Shown here in pieces: positions 6,240 to 11,454 of a DNA stretch of 11,454 bases. The translations under genes and the position numbers were made by a program. Source of the stretch: Silvanigrellaceae bacterium (GTDB lineage Bacteria; Bdellovibrionota_B; Oligoflexia; Silvanigrellales; Silvanigrellaceae); contig JBMSQQ010000102.1 in the NCBI GenBank assembly GCA_049423385.1, positions 1 to 11,454 on the forward strand, given 5' to 3'. The first letter of the stretch is position 1, and each line of letters opens with the position of its first letter. The notes under the pieces were generated by a model that ran no database searches, had not been told where the DNA came from, and saw only the letters and a list, made by a program, of their open reading frames with translations.

Positions 6240-7541
6240 TCAAGACGCCTTCTTGATGGACGCATCGTCTTTGGCTGCTTCCGTTGAGTTCTTTTGGTCA
6301 ACAGAAGGCACCGGAAGTGGGATCGATGACATGGGCGCAGGCTCAACCGCTGGGAACTGTGCCTTGATCTCGAGAATTTCGTCGAGGTTGTCGAAAAAGA
6401 TGTCGACAATTTCTGGATCAAAGTGGCTACCGCTGCAGTTGCGAAGCTCATCGAACACCTTGTCGATTGGCCATGATTCCTTGTAGACGCGCCGTGAACA
6501 GAGCGCATCGAAAACATCGGCAAGAGCAACAACCCGACCCTCTGCCGGGATGTCTTTGCCCTTCAGGCCACGTGGATATCCGGTTCCATCCCAACGTTCG
6601 TGATGAGTGTAAGCAATCACCGCACCCATCTGAAGGAATGGTGAATCGGCGCCACGCAAAACTTCATAGCCTTTCACCGTATGCAGTTTCATGATTTCAA
6701 ATTCTTCAGGAGTCAGCCGTCCTGGCTTCTTGAGAACGGCGTCTGGAGTCGAAATCTTTCCAACGTCATGCAACATGGCCGCCAGCCTCATGACTTCGCA
6801 GGCAGCATCATCGAAGCCCAATTGTCGATACAACAACACGCTGTAACGACTCATTCGTTCGATGTGTCCACCCGTGTCTGTGTCATGGTATTCCGACGCC
6901 TTCACGAATTTCTTCACTGTCTCAATGCGGGACTGGCGCAAATCCTGGGCCATGCGCAGATTTCTGAGCACCACGCCGCACTGGCTTGAAAGAGCGCGCA
7001 GATAGGATTCAACCTTGGCCGGAAACGGAGACACTTCACCGCTGAAGTTCTCACCCATCAGGTGGTTGATAAGCTGCAGGACCCCCAGAACGTTTCCGCG
7101 CGAGTCGCACATCGGGATCACCAGCATGGATCTGCTGCGATAATTGGTCATGATGTCGAATGACGGATTGAACGAAAAAGGAGACTCCGATGGCAGATTA
7201 TAAACATCCTGAATATTCAGGGTTTTTCTGGACGAAGCGGCAAATCCGGCAGCAGTCTTGAGGTCGATCGGCAGCGTGTAATTTTTCAGCGCTGCCTTGA
7301 CTCCGCGGGCCTCGAGCACCCGGTTTCGGGTCAGCACAAACCGAAGTTGGTTTCCATCCGCCTCGTAAACTGTGCACCCTTCGCAATTACCCATAATCAA
7401 AGCAGTATCTGCCATAAGGCTCAGCAGCTCACTGGCATCGTCCATCTCGCTGAGAGCCAAACCGCTTTTTACAAGCAGGTTGAGATAGTCGATTGAATCT
7501 TCAGCATCCTGGACGCCAGGATTTTGTTTGTTCTCGGCCAT
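6240..7541 (-). CDS. GAF + HD-GYP domain protein, probable cyclic dinucleotide (c-di-GMP) phosphodiesterase
   Basis: N-terminal GAF (AGFAASSRKTLNIQDVY...FNPSFD...YRSRSMLVIPM...VLGVLQLIN). HD-GYP motifs DTDTGGHIERM, LHDVGK, KPGRLTPEEF, HHERWDGTGYP, ADVFDAL and RVYK. GAGG RBS upstream. Confidence 0.93.
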   Translation of the reverse strand: MAENKQNPGVQDAEDSIDYLNLLVKSGLALSEMDDASELLSLMADTALIMGNCEGCTVYEADGNQLRFVLTRNRVLEARGVKAALKNYTLPIDLKTAAGFAASSRKTLNIQDVYNLPSESPFSFNPSFDIMTNYRSRSMLVIPMCDSRGNVLGVLQLINHLMGENFSGEVSPFPAKVESYLRALSSQCGVVLRNLRMAQDLRQSRIETVKKFVKASEYHDTDTGGHIERMSRYSVLLYRQLGFDDAACEVMRLAAMLHDVGKISTPDAVLKKPGRLTPEEFEIMKLHTVKGYEVLRGADSPFLQMGAVIAYTHHERWDGTGYPRGLKGKDIPAEGRVVALADVFDALCSRRVYKESWPIDKVFDELRNCSGSHFDPEIVDIFFDNLDEILEIKAQFPAVEPAPMSSIPLPVPSVDQKNSTEAAKDDASIKKAS

Positions 7542-7614
7542 TCACAACCTCATTCCAGCAGCCGTCGATGCACACGCATGCATCATCTCCCCAGAAACGG
7601 CTCCATTCGATCCG

Positions 7615-7641
7615 GTATCGGAACTCTTTGGCCCGGCTTGA
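7615..7641 (-). promoter_or_regulatory. Putative sigma28 (FliA)-type promoter for the HD-GYP gene
   Basis: The minus strand reads TCAA-N15-TCCGATAC against the consensus TAAA-N15-GCCGATAA. It has the same TCAAG -35 and spacing as the site at 436-462. Confidence 0.5.
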
Positions 7642-7805
7642 GCCTGGTTGCGAACATTTCCTGACATGACACTTCGACACTTCCTTGCCGCCGGTGAGAA
7701 ACCTGCCAAGCCACTTGTCTTTTTCGCCTGATACGGACTATGTAGGGGGCGTTCCGCAGACTCCGAACTTCACCTGATTTTTTTTTCCTCCCGACGAGGT
7801 GATTT

Positions 7806-9416
7806 ATGATTGCGAGATACAGCCGCCCGGAAATGTCCAAGCTTTGGTCCGAAGATTCAAAATACATCTCATGGTCTCGGGTTGAACGCGCACATTTGGA
7901 GGCCCTTGTGGAACGCCGGGGAGTTCCCGCGGCAGTTCTTGCAGCATTCGACAGCGCCATCAAAAAAACCAACGCGGGCGACTATCTCAAACGCGAAGAG
8001 GAAACCGGACACGACGTGATTGCCTACGTTGCGGAGGTGGGCGAAGCCATGGGCGACGCCGGACGCTGGCTGCATCAAGGCCTCACAAGTTCGGACGTGC
8101 TCGACACTGCCTTGAGTTTGCGCCTTGGTGAAAGCCTTGAACTGCTGCGCAAACCTCTGTTTGCCTTGCGGAAGGCTCTTGCCAAGCAAGCCTTCAATCA
8201 CGTCAACACGCCCATCATGGGTCGCACCCACGGCATACATGCCGAACCTTTGTCGTTTGGCCAGGTCCTTGCGGGACATTTTGAAGATTTTCAGCGCGCA
8301 CATGTTGAACTTGTTGAAACACAAAAGCTCTGTTCAACCGGAAAAATGTCGGGTGCCGTTGGCCAATATTCACAGTTGACTCCGGAACACGAAGCACACG
8401 TTCTGAACAAGCTGGGTCTCACGCCCGAGCCGATTGCGACGCAGGTCATCCCGCGCGATCGCATCCTGCGCGTTGGTCATGCCTGTGAAAGTCTCGCCAA
8501 CGCCATCGAACGATTTGCGGTCAACATGCGTCATTGGGCCCGCACGGAATTACAGGAAGTCATCGAACCCTTTGGCAGCAAGCAAAAAGGCAGTTCCGCG
8601 ATGCCGCACAAAAAGAATCCGGTGCTCGCGGAAAATTTGTCAGGACTCGCACGCTCCATCCGTGGGTATGTGCAGATGCTCGGACAAAACACCGCGCTCT
8701 GGCATGAGCGGGACATCTCCCACAGCAGCGTCGAACGACTGGCTTTGCCCGACATGTTCGTCACCCTGGACTTCATGACTGCGCGCTGCGCAGACCTCAT
8801 CGAAAAAATGGTTGTTCAACCCGATGTGATGAGACGCAATCTTGAGCGCCTGGGTGGACTTTGGGCCAGTCAATCGGTCCTCACCCAACTCACAAATTCA
8901 GGAATGAACCGCACGGCTGCATACGAACTTGTGCAAAAAATCGCGCTGCCGCTCAACATGCAATCTGCGCGGGAAACCCTTCCCCCCGATGCGTTTCTCA
9001 AGGCACTGGAAGCGCAGGCTTCGGTTGTCGACCTCGTTGGCAAGGACAACCTGCGCGGATTGTTCAATCTTGAGCGTTTTCTGGCCCAGACACCGACCCG
9101 GTTCCTCACAGTCTTTGGAGTGACGCCGGACGAGATCGCACGGGTTCATGGCGGACGGGTGGATGCCAGCACGGTCCCCGCGCTTCAAAAAATCCTGAGA
9201 GTCACAGTTGCCTTGCACGCAGACGTGCTCGACACCGAGGCCAAAACAATTGAAGAGCATATGCATTCGCAAGGTCTCAGTGCCCGCCTGAAACGATCGA
9301 AAGTTTTTACAATCAACGTACCAAATGAAGATGAAACAGCCTCGCTGTTGGGTTATGTCTCATCGGTCTTGCGCAATGAGGTCATGGAATCCATTCACAT
9401 GGAGGTCATTCAATGA
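7806..9416 (+). CDS. purB: Adenylosuccinate lyase fused to a C-terminal PurS-like domain
   Basis: Motifs MIARYSRPEM, HQGLTSSD, MGRTHGIHAEP, GKMSGAVG, GSSAMPHKKNP and WHERDISHSSVER. The last ~75 aa (RVTVALHADVLDTEAKTI...SKVFTI...VLRNEVMESIHMEV) match the PurS pattern. RBS GAGGTG. Confidence 0.93.
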   Translation: MIARYSRPEMSKLWSEDSKYISWSRVERAHLEALVERRGVPAAVLAAFDSAIKKTNAGDYLKREEETGHDVIAYVAEVGEAMGDAGRWLHQGLTSSDVLDTALSLRLGESLELLRKPLFALRKALAKQAFNHVNTPIMGRTHGIHAEPLSFGQVLAGHFEDFQRAHVELVETQKLCSTGKMSGAVGQYSQLTPEHEAHVLNKLGLTPEPIATQVIPRDRILRVGHACESLANAIERFAVNMRHWARTELQEVIEPFGSKQKGSSAMPHKKNPVLAENLSGLARSIRGYVQMLGQNTALWHERDISHSSVERLALPDMFVTLDFMTARCADLIEKMVVQPDVMRRNLERLGGLWASQSVLTQLTNSGMNRTAAYELVQKIALPLNMQSARETLPPDAFLKALEAQASVVDLVGKDNLRGLFNLERFLAQTPTRFLTVFGVTPDEIARVHGGRVDASTVPALQKILRVTVALHADVLDTEAKTIEEHMHSQGLSARLKRSKVFTINVPNEDETASLLGYVSSVLRNEVMESIHMEVIQ

Positions 9417-10147
9417 CCAGAAAGAACGCGGCAGTTCTTCAATTCCCGGGAACAAACTGTGACCAGGACACCTTGCGGTGGCTGGCTCGAAACCTCGACC
9501 TCGATGTCTCCTTCGTACGTTCACAAGAAGACATCGAAAAACGCCCCCCTGGACACACTTCGGTGATCATTCTCCCAGGGGGATTTTCTTTTGGTGACTA
9601 TTTGCGTGCAGGCGCCCTTGCAGCCCGCTCTCCATTGATGGACTGGGTTCGTCGGGAAGCAGCTGCCGGCGTTGCTGTTCTGGGCATTTGCAATGGATTC
9701 CAAATACTGTGTGAATCAGGATTGCTTCCAGGTGCGCTCGCTCTCAACACGATTCGCCAACACGTTCATGAATTTGTAACGATTCACGTCGAAATGTCCC
9801 TGTCATCGCCTTGGGCACCCAACCTGACATCCGGACGTTTGCTCACCCTGCCGATTTCATGTGGCATGGGAAATTTCATTGCACCCAGGAAAGAAGAAGG
9901 TTTCCGCACCTTGTTCCGTTACACGCAAAACATTCTTGGCAGCACCGAGAGTATTGCGGGCATTTCGAACCCCGAGGGAAATATTGTTGGAATGATGCCA
10001 CACCCCGAGCGTGCAAGTGATCCTGTGCTCGGTGCCACGGATGGATTGTTGATGCTCGACGCTCTCGCCGAGCGGCTGAATATTCCTGTGCGCCCCGGAA
10101 GCCCGTTGGCCATCTGGCGCGAAACCAAGGGAATACACGTTCACTGA
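9413..10147 (+). CDS. purQ: FGAM synthase glutaminase subunit PurQ
   Basis: Motifs [29 protein letters not shown] (nucleophile Cys) and GMMPHPER (His/Glu). ATGA overlap with the purB-purS stop. Confidence 0.95.
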   Translation: MTRKNAAVLQFPGTNCDQDTLRWLARNLDLDVSFVRSQEDIEKRPPGHTSVIILPGGFSFGDYLRAGALAARSPLMDWVRREAAAGVAVLGICNGFQILCESGLLPGALALNTIRQHVHEFVTIHVEMSLSSPWAPNLTSGRLLTLPISCGMGNFIAPRKEEGFRTLFRYTQNILGSTESIAGISNPEGNIVGMMPHPERASDPVLGATDGLLMLDALAERLNIPVRPGSPLAIWRETKGIHVH

Positions 10148-10172
10148 AAATTTCCAGTTGAGGTTGAAATCG

Positions 10173-11454
10173 ATGTCTTCAGCTCAAGGGTCCGCAGCAG
10201 AACAAAACCGCGACGAAAAAAAATGGACTGAACTCGCCCAAGGCTTCGGACTCTCGGGCGACGAGTTCAAGTCACTCAAGGAACTCCTCAAACGCCAACC
10301 CTCTCTCGAAGAGATTGCTGTTGTCGGAGCCTTGTGGAGTGAACACTGTTCGTACAAGTCTTCACGTGTTCACTTGTCTCGCTTCCACACCAGTGAACCC
10401 TGGGTTTTGCAAGGACCCGGCGAAAATGCGGGAATCGTGGAAATTGCACCGGGAGTGGGTCTCGCCTTCAAAATGGAAAGCCACAATCACCCCAGTTACA
10501 TCGAACCCTATCAGGGTGCCGCAACCGGCGTCGGTGGCATTCTCCGCGACGTTTTCTGCATGGGAGCGCGGCCTGTCGCCAACATGAATTGTCTTCGCTA
10601 CGGTGAAGGAGTCTACAACGCTCATCTGCTCAAGCACACTGTTCGCGGCATCGGCGATTATGGAAACTCGGTTGGTGTGCCAACCGTGGGTGGACAAACG
10701 CGCTTTCACCACGGCTACTCGAAAAACATTCTCGTCAATGCCTTCACCGCCGGACTCGTCAAGTCTGATGCGATTTTTCGCGGAAAACTCCAGAACGATT
10801 CGGCGCCCGCGCAAAAGCAGGTTGCAAGCGGATTGTTGCCCGATCAGGATGTCAGTGAAAGTTCAAAAAAGAAGTTGTTCCCTCAGGGGGCAAACCTTTT
10901 GATCTATTTTGGCAGTGCCACTGGCCGTGACGGTGTTCATGGAGCAACAATGAGCTCAGACACCTTTGGCGAAACATCAGCATCGCTGAAACCAACCGTG
11001 CAGGTGGGTGACCCTTTTGCCGAGAAAAAACTTCTCGAAGTGACGCTTGAACTTTTGAAAAAGAATATCGTCGTTGGATTGCAGGACATGGGTGCTGCCG
11101 GACTCACTTCGAGCGGCGTCGAAATGGCTGGCCGTTCGGGCTGTGGGGTCGCCATCGACCTGAACCTGATTCCTGCACGCACGGCAAGGCTCAAGGCATT
11201 TGAATTTCTTTTGTCGGAATCTCAGGAACGCATGCTATGCGCCGTGACACCTGAAATGGCAGACGAGGTGCTGACTCTTTGCAGGAAGCACCAGGTGGCC
11301 GCAGCGGTGATTGGCTCGGTCAATGACACGGGCGAATTCATTTGCCTTCACAACGACAAGGTTGTCTGCGCCTTGCCGGTGGATATTCTCACCGACAATG
11401 CACCCAAATACCGTTGGCCATTACAGGATCGCAACGAATACCTGAAGCAACATT
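10173..11454 (+). CDS. purL: FGAM synthase subunit PurL (small type), partial, runs off the right edge
   Basis: Not in the ORF track; translated by hand from ATG 10173 (GAGG upstream). Motifs [64 protein letters not shown] and LSESQERM. No stop before the window end. Confidence 0.96.
   Translation, partial: MSSAQGSAAEQNRDEKKWTELAQGFGLSGDEFKSLKELLKRQPSLEEIAVVGALWSEHCSYKSSRVHLSRFHTSEPWVLQGPGENAGIVEIAPGVGLAFKMESHNHPSYIEPYQGAATGVGGILRDVFCMGARPVANMNCLRYGEGVYNAHLLKHTVRGIGDYGNSVGVPTVGGQTRFHHGYSKNILVNAFTAGLVKSDAIFRGKLQNDSAPAQKQVASGLLPDQDVSESSKKKLFPQGANLLIYFGSATGRDGVHGATMSSDTFGETSASLKPTVQVGDPFAEKKLLEVTLELLKKNIVVGLQDMGAAGLTSSGVEMAGRSGCGVAIDLNLIPARTARLKAFEFLLSESQERMLCAVTPEMADEVLTLCRKHQVAAAVIGSVNDTGEFICLHNDKVVCALPVDILTDNAPKYRWPLQDRNEYLKQH

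Noticed and set aside
7668..7683. Tandem 8-bp repeat GACACTTC x2 in the divergent intergenic region
   Set aside because: Only two short copies; could be an operator but cannot be told from chance. Not a CRISPR array.
7715..7744. sigma70 promoter for purB (TTGTCT-N18-TATGTA)
   Set aside because: The -10 match is too weak to call.
7583..7972. 129-aa minus-strand ORF across the divergent intergenic region
   Set aside because: Overlaps purB in antisense, covers the promoter region and shows no recognisable motifs.
7806..9416. The lyase as ArgH partnering the nearby argG
   Set aside because: Same superfamily, but GRTHGIHAEP, WHERDISHSSVER and the purS/purQ/purL context identify PurB.
1..11454. 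Mobile elements, tRNA/rRNA, CRISPR arrays or defence genes
   Set aside because: No transposase or integrase motifs, repeat-spacer arrays or structural RNA signatures were seen; the window is almost fully coding.

Overview
Bacterial chromosomal window with two divergent nucleotide-metabolism units. The minus strand carries a GAF/HD-GYP phosphodiesterase, then a leader with an intrinsic terminator, then a tightly coupled five-gene operon: an argininosuccinate synthase (ArgG) fused to a C-terminal CarB-type MGS allosteric domain, a minimal cytosine-deaminase-like amidohydrolase, an atypical class-1-like dihydroorotate dehydrogenase, orotate phosphoribosyltransferase (pyrE) and a ROK kinase. A partial pseudo-receiver protein runs off the left edge. 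The plus strand carries a PurB-PurS fusion, purQ and a partial purL. The main lead is an inference, not a demonstrated result: the argG-MGS/amidohydrolase/pyrD/pyrE operon may encode an alternative de novo pyrimidine route in which argininosuccinate replaces the PyrB (and perhaps PyrC) steps. A 20-nt motif (17/20 identical) is shared by the leaders of this operon and of the pur operon. Two sigma28-like promoters precede the two signalling genes.
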